Source: Acidimicrobiia bacterium
Lineage (GTDB): Bacteria; Actinomycetota; Acidimicrobiia; Spongiisociales; ZC4RG35
Direction of reading: 5' to 3'
Assembly: GCA_035512955.1 (NCBI GenBank)
Contig: DATKCZ010000013.1
Span: forward strand, 305 to 64,304
Length of the DNA stretch: 64,000 nt
Under the pieces are notes generated by a model. It was not told the origin of the DNA. It saw only the letters and a list, made by a program, of their open reading frames with translations, and made no database searches. Shown here one piece after another: positions 26,406 to 35,937 of this stretch. Each line of letters begins with the position of its first letter. Positions within the stretch are counted from its first letter, which is position 1. The position numbers were made by a program, and so were the translations under genes.

Positions 26406-27719
26406 ATGAGCGAGACTCTCGAGTACGACGCGGTCATCATCGGTGCGGGGATCATCGGGGCCAACCTGGGCTTTGAGATGTCGAAGGCGGGATACAGGAC
26501 GCTGAACATAGACAAGCTCCCCGCTGCCGGATACGGGTCCACGGCGAATTCGTGTGCCATCGTCCGCACCCACTACTCGACCTGGTCGGGGGTGGCCATG
26601 GCCTATGAGGGTTTTCATTTCTGGAAGGACTGGGCCAACTATCTGGAAGTCGAGGACGAGCGTGGCGTCGCCGGGTTCGTCCAGTGTGGTGGTGTCTTCG
26701 TCGGCGACGACGAGCGCTACACCAAGAAGGTCCTGCCGTTGTTCGACGAGATCGGGATCGAGTACGAGGTCTGGGACGCCGACGCCCTAGCCGATCGTCT
26801 GCCCGGGATCGACACCGGTGAGCATGCCCCACCCAAGCGACCCGAGGACGACGAGTTCTGGGAGGACCCTCCGCGACAGATCACCAGCGTGGTGCACTCT
26901 CCCATCGCCGGATACATCACCGACCCACAGCTGGCGACTCACAACCTGCAGCGCGCTGCCGAGGCCAAGGGCGGAGAGTTCAGGTTCAACACCGAGGTGA
27001 CCGGCATCAGGGTCGAGGATGGCCGGGTGGCCGGGGTCGAGCTCGCCGACGGCAGCTTGGTGCTCGCCCCGATCGTGGTCAACGTCGCCGGTCCCCACTC
27101 CTTCGTCATCAACGAGATGGCCGGGGTGGCGGGCTCCATGAACATCAAGACCAGGGCGCTGCGTCACGAGGTGCATCACGTCCCCGCGCCCGCCGGCCTC
27201 GACTTCGAGAAGGACGGGATGTTGGTGGGCGACGACGACCTCGGCACCTACTTCCGCCCCGAGGTGGGCAACCACATCCTCGTCGGCAGTCAGGACCCCG
27301 AGTGTGACCCCCAGATCTGGGTCCAGAACCCCGACGAGTTCGAGCGGGCTATCACCGAGGACCAATGGCGGGCCCAGGTCCTCCGCCTGGCCAGGAGGCT
27401 GCCGACCCTGGGAGTCCCCAACGAGAAGAAGGGTGTCGTCGACCTCTACGACGTGAGCGACGATTGGATCCCGATCTACGACAAGACCGACCTCCCCGGC
27501 TTCTACGTGGCGATTGGCACCAGTGGCAACCAGTTCAAGAACTCACACATCGCCGCGTACTGTCTGACCCGGCTGATCCAGGCCGTCGAGGCGGGGCACG
27601 ACCACGATGCCGACCCGGTGAAGTTGAAAATGCCCTACACCGGTCTGGAGATGGACATGGGGGTGTTCAGCAGGAACCGGGAGATCAACGAAGCCTCTTC
27701 TTTCAGCGTCCTCGGCTGA
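26406..27719 (+). CDS. FAD-dependent oxidoreductase (DAO/amine oxidase-like family)
   Basis: It has the YDAVIIGAGIIGANLGFEM Rossmann motif. It is divergent from soxB with only a 46-nt spacer. Confidence 0.8.
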   Translation: MSETLEYDAVIIGAGIIGANLGFEMSKAGYRTLNIDKLPAAGYGSTANSCAIVRTHYSTWSGVAMAYEGFHFWKDWANYLEVEDERGVAGFVQCGGVFVGDDERYTKKVLPLFDEIGIEYEVWDADALADRLPGIDTGEHAPPKRPEDDEFWEDPPRQITSVVHSPIAGYITDPQLATHNLQRAAEAKGGEFRFNTEVTGIRVEDGRVAGVELADGSLVLAPIVVNVAGPHSFVINEMAGVAGSMNIKTRALRHEVHHVPAPAGLDFEKDGMLVGDDDLGTYFRPEVGNHILVGSQDPECDPQIWVQNPDEFERAITEDQWRAQVLRLARRLPTLGVPNEKKGVVDLYDVSDDWIPIYDKTDLPGFYVAIGTSGNQFKNSHIAAYCLTRLIQAVEAGHDHDADPVKLKMPYTGLEMDMGVFSRNREINEASSFSVLG

Positions 27720-27762
27720 GACCACTAGCTTCCAGCGGCTGACGTCGTCAGTCGAGGAAGAG

Positions 27763-30240
27763 ATGTCAAATCGGTGGATCATGCACAAGTTCGGCGGCAC
27801 CAGCCTGGCCGACGCCGACGCCTACCGGGCGGTCATCTCGATCATCGAGGGCGGGGAGCGCCCCCGACAGGCAGTGGTTGTCTCGGCGTCGGCGGGGATG
27901 ACCGACGACCTCATCGAGCTGGTTGCCAGGGCCGGCCGGCGAGACGCCACCTCCGCGGAGCTCTCGGAGAGGCTGCGGGACCGTCAGGTCGCCCTGGTCG
28001 AAGCCCTCCTTCCAGACGCCGAAGCCCGCGACCTCGTCGCCCGAGTCGATGAGGACATCGCCGACATCAAGGACGTGTTGCGCGCCTCAAGTGTGATGGG
28101 GGCTGCTGTGGAGAACGCCATCGGCGCGGTGGCCGGGTTCGGCGAGGTGTGGTCGGCGCAGCTCCTGGCCGGCCAGCTGGCGGGCCGCGGGATCTCGGCG
28201 ACCTGGCTGGATGCCAGGAGAGTGCTCGTGGTCAGCCCGGCCGAGCCCACGCCAAGAGTCGATTGGGAGACGAGCAAGGCCAATCTCGACGCCTGGCTCG
28301 CCGAGAACCGATACGACGTCGTGGTGATCACCGGATTCATCGCATCCGACGCCAACGGGGCGCCAACCACCCTGGGGCGGAATGGGAGCGATTACTCCGC
28401 CTCGATCTTCGCCTCCCTCTTCGAGGCCGACGAGCTGATCATGTGGAGCGACGTCGACGGGGTGATGAGTGCCGACCCGCGCCTCGTCCCCCAAGCCAAA
28501 GTGCTCGAAGATCTGTCCTACGACGAGGCTATGGAGCTCGCCTACTTCGGGGCGAAAGTGCTCCACCCGGCCACGCTGACCCCGGCGATACGGACCGGGA
28601 TCCCGGTGACGATCCGCAACACCTTCAACCCGTCGGCGCCGGGCTCGAGGATCTCGAGGACCTCATCGGCCGACAAGCCGGTGAAGGGATTGGCCTCCAT
28701 CGGAGACATCGCCCTGATCAACATCGAGGGAACGGCGATGATCGGCGTACCGGGCATCTCCGAACGGCTATTCGGGGCGCTCAGACAGGCGGGAGTCTCG
28801 GTGGTGATGATCTCCCAGGCCAGTTCGGAGCATTCCATATGCTTCGCGGTTCCCCAAGACCATGCCGAGCGCGCCAGGAGAGCGGCCGAGAGCGCCTTTG
28901 CCGCGGAGCGCAGCAGAGGACAGGTCCAGGATCTGGAGGTCACCCAGGGATGCACCATCCTCGCCGCGGTGGGTGACGGTATGTCAGGGACCCCTGGTAT
29001 CGCCGCCCGTCTCTTCGGCTCGCTGGCCCGAGCCGGTGTCAACGTCAGGGCGATTGCCCAGGGGTCCTCGGAGCGCAACATCTCGGTGGTCATCGACGGA
29101 TCCGATGCCACCCGGGCCCTGCGCTCGGTCCACTCCGGGTTCTATCTGTCCCGGCAGACTCTGTCGCTCGGTGTGATCGGCCCCGGCCATGTCGGGGCCA
29201 CCCTCCTCGATCAGATGGCCGGCCGGCTCGAGTGGCTGCTCGAGCAATTCGGGATCGACTTGCGGGTCCGGGCCATCGCCTCGAGCAAGGAAATGGTGCT
29301 CGATGAGCAAAGCATCGAGCTGGGATCGTGGCGGGATCGTCTCGGGGGTCCCGACGCAGATACCCGGGAGTCGGATCTAGACGTCCTCGCCGACTACGTG
29401 CAGACCGACTCGGTGCCCCATGCAGCCATCATCGACTGCACCGCCAGCAGCGACGTCGCAACGCGATACGGGGAGTGGCTCTCCAGGGGCATTCACGTGA
29501 TCACACCGAACAAGAAGGCCAACAGCGGGCCGATCGAGTACTACCGGGAGCTACGGCGGGCCGGTCGTCGCGCCGACGCCCACTACTTCTACGAGACCAC
29601 CGTGGGAGCGGCCTTGCCAGTGATCCAGACCCTGCGCGACCTGGTGCAGACCGGTGACGAGGTCCGACGCATCGAAGGGGTGTTGTCGGGCACCCTTTCC
29701 TATCTGTTCAACAGCTTCGACGGCTCCACACCCTTCTCGGAGATCGTGAGGGCGGCCCGGGAGAAGGGGTACACCGAGCCGGACCCGCGCGAGGACCTTT
29801 CCGGGATGGACGTTGCCCGCAAGGTGGTGATCCTGGCCAGGGAGATGGGTGTGGAGGCAGACCTCTCCGACATGGAGATCGAAGGTTTGATCCCGGCCGG
29901 TCTCGAGACGGGGTCCGTCGACGAGTTCCTGGCCCGCCTCGGTCACCACGACCACCAGATGCTGACGGTGGTCGACGAGGCGCGCGCGGAGGGCCGGGTC
30001 CTCCGCTTCGTCGGGGTGATCGACCCGGAGCAGGGGTGCGGAGTATCCCTGCGCTCCTATGAGATGAATCACCCCTTCGCCCGCATACAGCTGACCGACA
30101 ACATTGTCACGTTCCAGACCGCCCGGTACCACGAGAACCCCTTGGTGGTGCAGGGCCCGGGCGCCGGGCCCGAGGTGACCGCCGGGGGCGTGTTCGCCGA
30201 TCTGCTCCGACTGGCCAACTACCTCGGCGCGACACTCTGA
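27763..30240 (+). CDS. thrA: Bifunctional aspartate kinase / homoserine dehydrogenase
   Basis: It has the N-terminal kinase motif MHKFGGTSL, ACT domains, and a C-terminal HSD (GVIGPGHVG, NPLVVQGPGAG). Confidence 0.88.
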   Translation: MSNRWIMHKFGGTSLADADAYRAVISIIEGGERPRQAVVVSASAGMTDDLIELVARAGRRDATSAELSERLRDRQVALVEALLPDAEARDLVARVDEDIADIKDVLRASSVMGAAVENAIGAVAGFGEVWSAQLLAGQLAGRGISATWLDARRVLVVSPAEPTPRVDWETSKANLDAWLAENRYDVVVITGFIASDANGAPTTLGRNGSDYSASIFASLFEADELIMWSDVDGVMSADPRLVPQAKVLEDLSYDEAMELAYFGAKVLHPATLTPAIRTGIPVTIRNTFNPSAPGSRISRTSSADKPVKGLASIGDIALINIEGTAMIGVPGISERLFGALRQAGVSVVMISQASSEHSICFAVPQDHAERARRAAESAFAAERSRGQVQDLEVTQGCTILAAVGDGMSGTPGIAARLFGSLARAGVNVRAIAQGSSERNISVVIDGSDATRALRSVHSGFYLSRQTLSLGVIGPGHVGATLLDQMAGRLEWLLEQFGIDLRVRAIASSKEMVLDEQSIELGSWRDRLGGPDADTRESDLDVLADYVQTDSVPHAAIIDCTASSDVATRYGEWLSRGIHVITPNKKANSGPIEYYRELRRAGRRADAHYFYETTVGAALPVIQTLRDLVQTGDEVRRIEGVLSGTLSYLFNSFDGSTPFSEIVRAAREKGYTEPDPREDLSGMDVARKVVILAREMGVEADLSDMEIEGLIPAGLETGSVDEFLARLGHHDHQMLTVVDEARAEGRVLRFVGVIDPEQGCGVSLRSYEMNHPFARIQLTDNIVTFQTARYHENPLVVQGPGAGPEVTAGGVFADLLRLANYLGATL

Positions 30241-30298
30241 CCCGACCGCTCTCAGCCGAGCTCGGCACCGATGAGAACTGACGGCATGGGGCCTGTTC

Positions 30299-31501
30299 GT
30301 GATCCCCGCTACCCTTGGGCTGACCATGGCACGGAGCTACCGCGATTACGTCTCCGAAGCGAAACGGCACATCGTCGAGATCACCGCTGAGGACCTGGAG
30401 AGCCGGCTCGGGGAGCTGACTCTGATCGATATCCGGGAAGCCGACGAGTTCGAGCAAGGTGCCATTCCAGGGGCGATCTTCGTCCCCCGGGGACGGCTCG
30501 AATCCACGATATCGACTCATGTCCCCCATCCCGACCAGGGGGTGGTGCTCTACTGCGCCGGTGGCTCGCGTTCCGCTCTGGCGGCGCGCACCCTCCAGGA
30601 CATGGGTTACACCGACGTCTTCTCGCTCGAAGGGGGTTTCACCCGATGGAAGGAGGAAGGTCTGCAATGGCGGGTGCCGGAGGGCCTCTCATCCGACCAG
30701 CGGGGTCGATACAGCCGGCACCTCCTTTTGCCCGAGGTGGGCGAGGCAGGGCAGATCGAGTTGCTGGAGGCCAAGGTGCTCATGGTCGGGGCAGGCGGCC
30801 TGGGCTCGCCGGCCGCCATATACCTGGCGGCGGCCGGTGTGGGCACCATCGGCCTCGTCGACTTCGATGTCGTGGACGCCAGCAACCTGCAGCGTCAGAT
30901 CCTTCACAATCTGGACAGGCTGGGCCAGCCCAAGGTGGAGTCGGCCCGGGAGACCCTGAACGCCCTCAACCCGGACACCAAGGTTGAGACCCACAACGTG
31001 CGGCTCACCGCAGACAACGTTTTCGACATCCTCTCTCACTATGACGTCATCGTCGACGGTGGCGACAACTTCCCTACGCGGTATCTGGTCAACGACGCCT
31101 CACTCCACCTGAGGAAACCGGTGGTGCACGGCTCGATCTTCCGGTTCGAGGGCCAGGTGAGTGTCTTCGACCCGTACCACGGGCCCTGTTACCGCTGCCA
31201 GTATCCCGAGCCCCCACCACCCGAGCTGGCCCCCTCCTGTGCCGAGGCGGGGGTGCTCGGCGTGCTGCCTGGCATCATCGGCTCGATCCAGGCGGTTGAG
31301 ACGATCAAGCTGATCCTGGGCATCGGCGAGAGCCTGGTGGGACGACTCCTCACCTACGACGCTCTCACCCAGGAGTTTCTCACTCTTCGCACCAGACGTG
31401 ATCCGGCGTGTCCCGCTTGTGCCGACGAGTCAATGCCGCCCCGGATCGTGGAATACGACCAGACCTGTGCCTATCCGGGAGCTGTCGCCCGCTCCAACTG
31501 A
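30299..31501 (+). CDS. moeB: Rhodanese-MoeB/ThiF fusion (sulfur-carrier adenylyltransferase with an N-terminal rhodanese domain)
   Basis: The rhodanese active site is LYCAGGSRS. The ThiF nucleotide site is MVGAGGLGSP, and the zinc motif is CYRCQYPEPPPPELAPSCAEAGVLG. The start may be ATG 30326. Confidence 0.85.
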   Translation: MIPATLGLTMARSYRDYVSEAKRHIVEITAEDLESRLGELTLIDIREADEFEQGAIPGAIFVPRGRLESTISTHVPHPDQGVVLYCAGGSRSALAARTLQDMGYTDVFSLEGGFTRWKEEGLQWRVPEGLSSDQRGRYSRHLLLPEVGEAGQIELLEAKVLMVGAGGLGSPAAIYLAAAGVGTIGLVDFDVVDASNLQRQILHNLDRLGQPKVESARETLNALNPDTKVETHNVRLTADNVFDILSHYDVIVDGGDNFPTRYLVNDASLHLRKPVVHGSIFRFEGQVSVFDPYHGPCYRCQYPEPPPPELAPSCAEAGVLGVLPGIIGSIQAVETIKLILGIGESLVGRLLTYDALTQEFLTLRTRRDPACPACADESMPPRIVEYDQTCAYPGAVARSN

Positions 31502-31648
31502 GAGCGAACTCTTCTCCTGCTCTCAGCTCAAGCCCTGAAGGTCCCCGGGAGGGGTTGGTGATGGGGCTCCCCATGGGCCTCGCAGCTGACCGGGCACCAG
31601 GTTGGTTAGGTTGCTGCAATCTCCAAAAGAGGTGAGTCCCTGGCCCGA

Positions 31649-33211
31649 GTGTTCAAGAGCCCGCTTGCCGATGTCGAGATCCCCGACACTCCGCTGACAT
31701 CCCACGTCTTCAGGGATGTCTCCCTGCACCCCGACCGGGTGGCGGTGGTCGATGGGCTCACCGGCGCCAGCTACACCTATGGCCGGCTCCACGACTCGGT
31801 GCGGGCCGTGGCCGGTGGTCTGGTCGCTGAAGGCCTCGCCAAGGGTGACGTCTTCGCGATCCTCGCCCCGAACCTGCCGGAGTACGCCATCGCCTTCCAT
31901 GGGGTTGCATACGCGGGTGGGATCGTCACGACGATCAACCCCACCTACACGGTGGGGGAGATCGGCGCCCAACTCCGTGACTCGGCGGCACGGATGCTGC
32001 TGACCATCCCCTCCCTGGTCGAGTCGGCGGTGGCGGCCGGGGAGGCCAGTGGTGTCGAGGAGGTCTTCGTCTTCGGTGAGGCAGAAGGGGCACGATCGTT
32101 CTCGGAGCTGGCGGCTGCCGCGCCCTTGGCGGCCGAGGTCCCCATCGACCCGGCAGAGGACGTGGTGGTGCTCCCGTATTCGTCGGGGACCACCGGGCTC
32201 GCCAAAGGCGTACGACTCACCCACCGAAACCTCGTGGCCAATCTGGTGCAATACGAGTCGATCTCCTCGGTCAGCGAAGACGACGTGATCCTGGCCGTGC
32301 TCCCCTTCTTCCACATCTACGGGATGCAGGTGCTGATGAACGGCGTGCTGTCGTGCGGGGCCACCACGGTGACGATGCCCCGTTTCGATCTCACCGAGTT
32401 CCTCCGCATCATCGAGCAGCATGCGGTGACCAGGGTCGCCGCGGTCCCACCCATCGTCCTTGCCCTGGCCAAGAGCCCGCTGGTCGATCAATACGACTTG
32501 AGCAGTCTCCAACAGATCGGGTCGGGCGCGGCCCCACTGAGCGGCGACGTGGAGCGGGAAGCCTCCGGGAGAACCGGCGCCACGGTGGTCCAGGGCTTCG
32601 GGCTCACCGAGACCAGCCCGGTCACCCATGCCATGCCCGCTGGTGAGACGAGGAGTGGATCGATCGGCGTGCCCGTGCCCAACACCGAGGTCAGGGTGGT
32701 CGACCCGGAGTCGGGGGAGTCTCGCGGGGTCGGTGAGGACGGGGAGATCTGGATCCGAGGGCCCCAGGTGATGAAGGGTTATCTGAACGACCCCGCGGCC
32801 ACCGCCGCCACCATCGATGAGGACGGCTGGTTGCGCACCGGGGACATCGGGCGGGTCGACGAGGATGGCTATTGGTACGTGACCGACCGTCTCAAGGAAC
32901 TGATCAAGTACAAGGGTTTCCAGGTGGCGCCTGCGGAGCTCGAGGCCGTGCTCCTCACCCATTCGGCGATCGCCGACGCCGCCGTGATCCCCATCCCCGA
33001 CGAGGAGGCCGGAGAGGTGCCGAAGGCTTTTGTCGTCCTGCAACCGGAGGGGACTGCAACGGTCCAGGAGATCATCGACTACGTAGGGCGAAAAGTCGCC
33101 TCTTACAAGAGGATCAGGGAGGTGGAGGTGATCGACACCATCCCCAAATCGCCCTCCGGCAAGATCCTGCGACGGGAGTTGCGCGACCGTGAGCTGGCCG
33201 CCTCCCCATAG
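31649..33211 (+). CDS. AMP-dependent acyl-CoA synthetase (4-coumarate--CoA ligase family)
   Basis: Motifs are LPYSSGTTGLAKGV, GWLRTGDIG and SPSGKILRRELR. Confidence 0.88.
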   Translation: MFKSPLADVEIPDTPLTSHVFRDVSLHPDRVAVVDGLTGASYTYGRLHDSVRAVAGGLVAEGLAKGDVFAILAPNLPEYAIAFHGVAYAGGIVTTINPTYTVGEIGAQLRDSAARMLLTIPSLVESAVAAGEASGVEEVFVFGEAEGARSFSELAAAAPLAAEVPIDPAEDVVVLPYSSGTTGLAKGVRLTHRNLVANLVQYESISSVSEDDVILAVLPFFHIYGMQVLMNGVLSCGATTVTMPRFDLTEFLRIIEQHAVTRVAAVPPIVLALAKSPLVDQYDLSSLQQIGSGAAPLSGDVEREASGRTGATVVQGFGLTETSPVTHAMPAGETRSGSIGVPVPNTEVRVVDPESGESRGVGEDGEIWIRGPQVMKGYLNDPAATAATIDEDGWLRTGDIGRVDEDGYWYVTDRLKELIKYKGFQVAPAELEAVLLTHSAIADAAVIPIPDEEAGEVPKAFVVLQPEGTATVQEIIDYVGRKVASYKRIREVEVIDTIPKSPSGKILRRELRDRELAASP

Positions 33212-33241
33212 ACCGGCCCCCCGGGCGGCGAGACCCGAAAT

Positions 33242-33263
33242 GCGCGATCGCGACCGATCGCGC
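33242..33263. terminator. Hairpin between convergent genes (GCGCGATCG-cgac-CGATCGCGC)
   Basis: The stem is a perfect 9 bp with a 4-nt loop. There is no U-tract, so its terminator function is unproven. Confidence 0.35.
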
Positions 33264-33343
33264 CATTCAGCTGGTGCAGGAGAATCTCAACTCGTCGGAC
33301 ACCGCAGGAATGTCGTCGGGGCTGAGGCGGCGCGAGTCTCGGG

Positions 33344-33637
33344 TTAGCGGGACCGACGCCCGAACAAGCCGCCACTGAACAAGAGCCCGGCACCGAGGAC
33401 GAAGCCGAAGTCGTACCAATTGCCGTTGTTGTGGACCTCGTAGATGTTCACGCTGTCCGAGAAGAGAGAGATGAAGAACGTGATCGGGGCGATGAACCCG
33501 TGCCACAGGCCCATGAAGAACCCGGCCACGTCGCCGTCGGGCGGTGCGTTGCCGATCTCGGGATTGATCCCGGCCGTGCAGGCCGCGGCGAGCACCACGA
33601 CCGCAAGGAGCAGGACGAGGAGCCGAGCCCGTCTCAC
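33344..33637 (-). CDS. Small membrane lipoprotein, unknown function
   Basis: The GTG at 33637 forms a GTGA overlap with the oxidoreductase stop. It has the lipobox LAAAC and two further hydrophobic segments. Confidence 0.55.
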   Translation of the reverse strand: MRRARLLVLLLAVVVLAAACTAGINPEIGNAPPDGDVAGFFMGLWHGFIAPITFFISLFSDSVNIYEVHNNGNWYDFGFVLGAGLLFSGGLFGRRSR

Positions 33638-35886
33638 GCCGGTATCACCTCGACCGGTATGCCGTTGAGCACCGCATTCCCCGAGACGGGGTCCATCTCC
33701 CCGGTGGAGAGACGGTTGGAGTTGACTCCGGGCCGGGCGGAAGCCACCGACAGGCTGGCTCCCTCGAGATCGTGGCCCCATCCATGGGGGAGGCTGACCA
33801 CACCGGGCATTATGTCGTCGGTGATCTCGACCGGGGTGACCACCGATCCGGCGGCGGAGGAGACCTTGGCGTGGCCACCGGGCACCACCCCGATCCGGTG
33901 GGCGTCGGCTGTGTTCATCTGCAGGGTGCAACGCTCCTTTCCCTTGACCAGCACATCGACGTTGTGCATCCAGGAGTTGTTGGACCGGACGTGGCGGCGA
34001 CCGATGAGGACGAACCCCGACATCGGTGTGCGATCGATCGCCGCCCGCAGCCGGGGCACGTCGGCGATGAGCGCCTCTGGGGCGAGCTCCACTTTTCTCG
34101 AAGGGGTGCACAGGTCACCGGGAAGCCGCGGCTGCAATGGCCCCAGGTCGACACCGTGGGGGGAGTCTTCCAGCCTGTTCAGGCTCAGACCGTCGTTGTC
34201 TTCTCCATAACCGTCACCGTAGGGACCGGTGCGGATGAGAAAATCGAGCATCCGGACCGGTCCCCGGCTGCCGTCGGTGGCGTTGAAGATCTCCTCGGGC
34301 GAGCGCCCATGGATCCGTGAAGCGGGGTCACCCACCGCCGATCCCACGGTCATCGCGAACACCGCGTCGTCGAGTGCGGCGATGTCGGGGTGGGCGCCCT
34401 TACCAGTCACCACTGCACCGAGGCGCAGGAGGACCTCCCATTCATCGGGGGTTCCCGCCGGCAGCTCGTAGAGCGCCGGCGAGAAGTTGGCGATGTTGCG
34501 CACGGACAACTGGTAGAAGGCGAAGTCATAGTGGGGTCGGCGCAGGGGAGCCGCACCCGGGAGGACGACATCGGCGTGTCGGGTCGTCTCGTTGAGATAG
34601 AGGTCGACCGACACCATGAACTCGAGCGAGGCGAAGGCCTCGTCGAGCCGGTCGCTGTCGGGTGTGGACAGGATGGGGTTCCCGGCGATGGTGATCATCG
34701 CCTTGATCTGTCCCTCACCGGGCTCGATGATCTCCTCGGCCAAAACCGAAACGGGGAGCTCCCCCCGCGTCTCCGGCAGGCCTCTGACCCTGCTCACCCA
34801 TCTCCCGGTCTGAAAGTGACGTCGCGACCTGGGCTGCTCGTGGGCGGAACGGGAGAACATCGCGCCGCCCGGCCGGTCGAGGTTCCCGGTTATCACGTTG
34901 AGGACGTCGACCATCCACGATGCCATGGTCCCGAACTCCGCGGTGTGCGTGCCGATCCGCCCGTAGACAGCGGCTGCTTCGGCGGCGGCCAGCTCGCCGG
35001 CGACACGGCGGATGGTGGCTGCGGGCACCCCACATCGGTGCGCGACGGTCTCCGGCCCGAAGCCATCGACGGCGGCGGCGACCTCGTCGAGACCGGCGAC
35101 ATGGCCTTCGAGGACCCCCAGATCGACCAGTCCCTCATCGAAGATGACGTTGGCGAGAGCGAAGAGAAACATCGGGTCGGTCCCAGGGCGGATCGGGATG
35201 TGCTCGTCGGCGGCTCGAGCGGTCCTGGTCTTTCTCGGGTCCACCACGACCACCTTGCCTCCCCGTTCCCTGATCCCCTCGAGCCGCCCCGGCCAGTCGG
35301 GGGCGGTCGCCAGGCTCCCGTTGGACTCGTACGGATTGGCCCCGAGCATGAGGAGATACCCGGTGCGGTCGAGGTCGGGAACCGGGATCAGGTCGGGGTG
35401 ACCGAACAGGTGCCCGGACGAGACGTGCTTGGGCATCTGGTCGACGGTGGCCGCGGAGAACAGGTTCTTCGAGCGGAGCATCTTGAGAAAAGCCCGGGTA
35501 TAGAGCACGCCCGACATCGAGTGGACATTGGGGTTGCCGAGGTAGACGCCGACGCCGTTGGCACCGTGCTGGGAGATGATCGGTGTGATCTTCGAATCGA
35601 TGAGCTCGAACGCCTCGTCCCAGGTGGCCTCCTCGTGTTTGCCGTTGCGTTTGATCAGCGGGGCACGGAGACGGTCCGGGTCCTTTTCGAGCTTGCCGAG
35701 GGTCGAGCCCTTGGGACAGATGAAACCATGGCTGAAGACATCGGCGCGGTCGCCCCGGATCCGAACGATCTCCCCATTTCTATGGCTGATCTCCAACCCG
35801 CAGGTGGCTTCGCAGAGAGGACAGGTTCGGTAGTGGATGGCGAGCTCAGGAGGACTCACCCCGGGGAATCTAGCCGAGGTGTGCAT
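33634..35886 (-). CDS. Molybdopterin (Mo-bisPGD) oxidoreductase family protein, cytoplasmic
   Basis: It has the N-terminal 4Fe-4S cap CPLCEATCG...FICPKG and a length and domain order typical of FdhF/BisC-like enzymes. There is no twin-arginine signal. Confidence 0.85.
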   Translation of the reverse strand: MHTSARFPGVSPPELAIHYRTCPLCEATCGLEISHRNGEIVRIRGDRADVFSHGFICPKGSTLGKLEKDPDRLRAPLIKRNGKHEEATWDEAFELIDSKITPIISQHGANGVGVYLGNPNVHSMSGVLYTRAFLKMLRSKNLFSAATVDQMPKHVSSGHLFGHPDLIPVPDLDRTGYLLMLGANPYESNGSLATAPDWPGRLEGIRERGGKVVVVDPRKTRTARAADEHIPIRPGTDPMFLFALANVIFDEGLVDLGVLEGHVAGLDEVAAAVDGFGPETVAHRCGVPAATIRRVAGELAAAEAAAVYGRIGTHTAEFGTMASWMVDVLNVITGNLDRPGGAMFSRSAHEQPRSRRHFQTGRWVSRVRGLPETRGELPVSVLAEEIIEPGEGQIKAMITIAGNPILSTPDSDRLDEAFASLEFMVSVDLYLNETTRHADVVLPGAAPLRRPHYDFAFYQLSVRNIANFSPALYELPAGTPDEWEVLLRLGAVVTGKGAHPDIAALDDAVFAMTVGSAVGDPASRIHGRSPEEIFNATDGSRGPVRMLDFLIRTGPYGDGYGEDNDGLSLNRLEDSPHGVDLGPLQPRLPGDLCTPSRKVELAPEALIADVPRLRAAIDRTPMSGFVLIGRRHVRSNNSWMHNVDVLVKGKERCTLQMNTADAHRIGVVPGGHAKVSSAAGSVVTPVEITDDIMPGVVSLPHGWGHDLEGASLSVASARPGVNSNRLSTGEMDPVSGNAVLNGIPVEVIPA

Positions 35887-35937
35887 CCCGGCGGGTGGGA
35901 GGTGGATGCCGCGGCCGATTCTCCGGCCTGGCTGCGC

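Noticed and set aside
33634-35886. I considered whether the 750-aa Mo enzyme is the missing catalytic half of the truncated FdsA at 1705-2670, or a selenocysteine-containing formate dehydrogenase.
   Set aside because: It carries its own N-terminal 4Fe-4S cap motif and has no in-frame TGA, so it is a self-contained enzyme. I cannot establish a functional link to the 5' FDH-like module from the sequence, and kept it only as a hypothesis in the findings.
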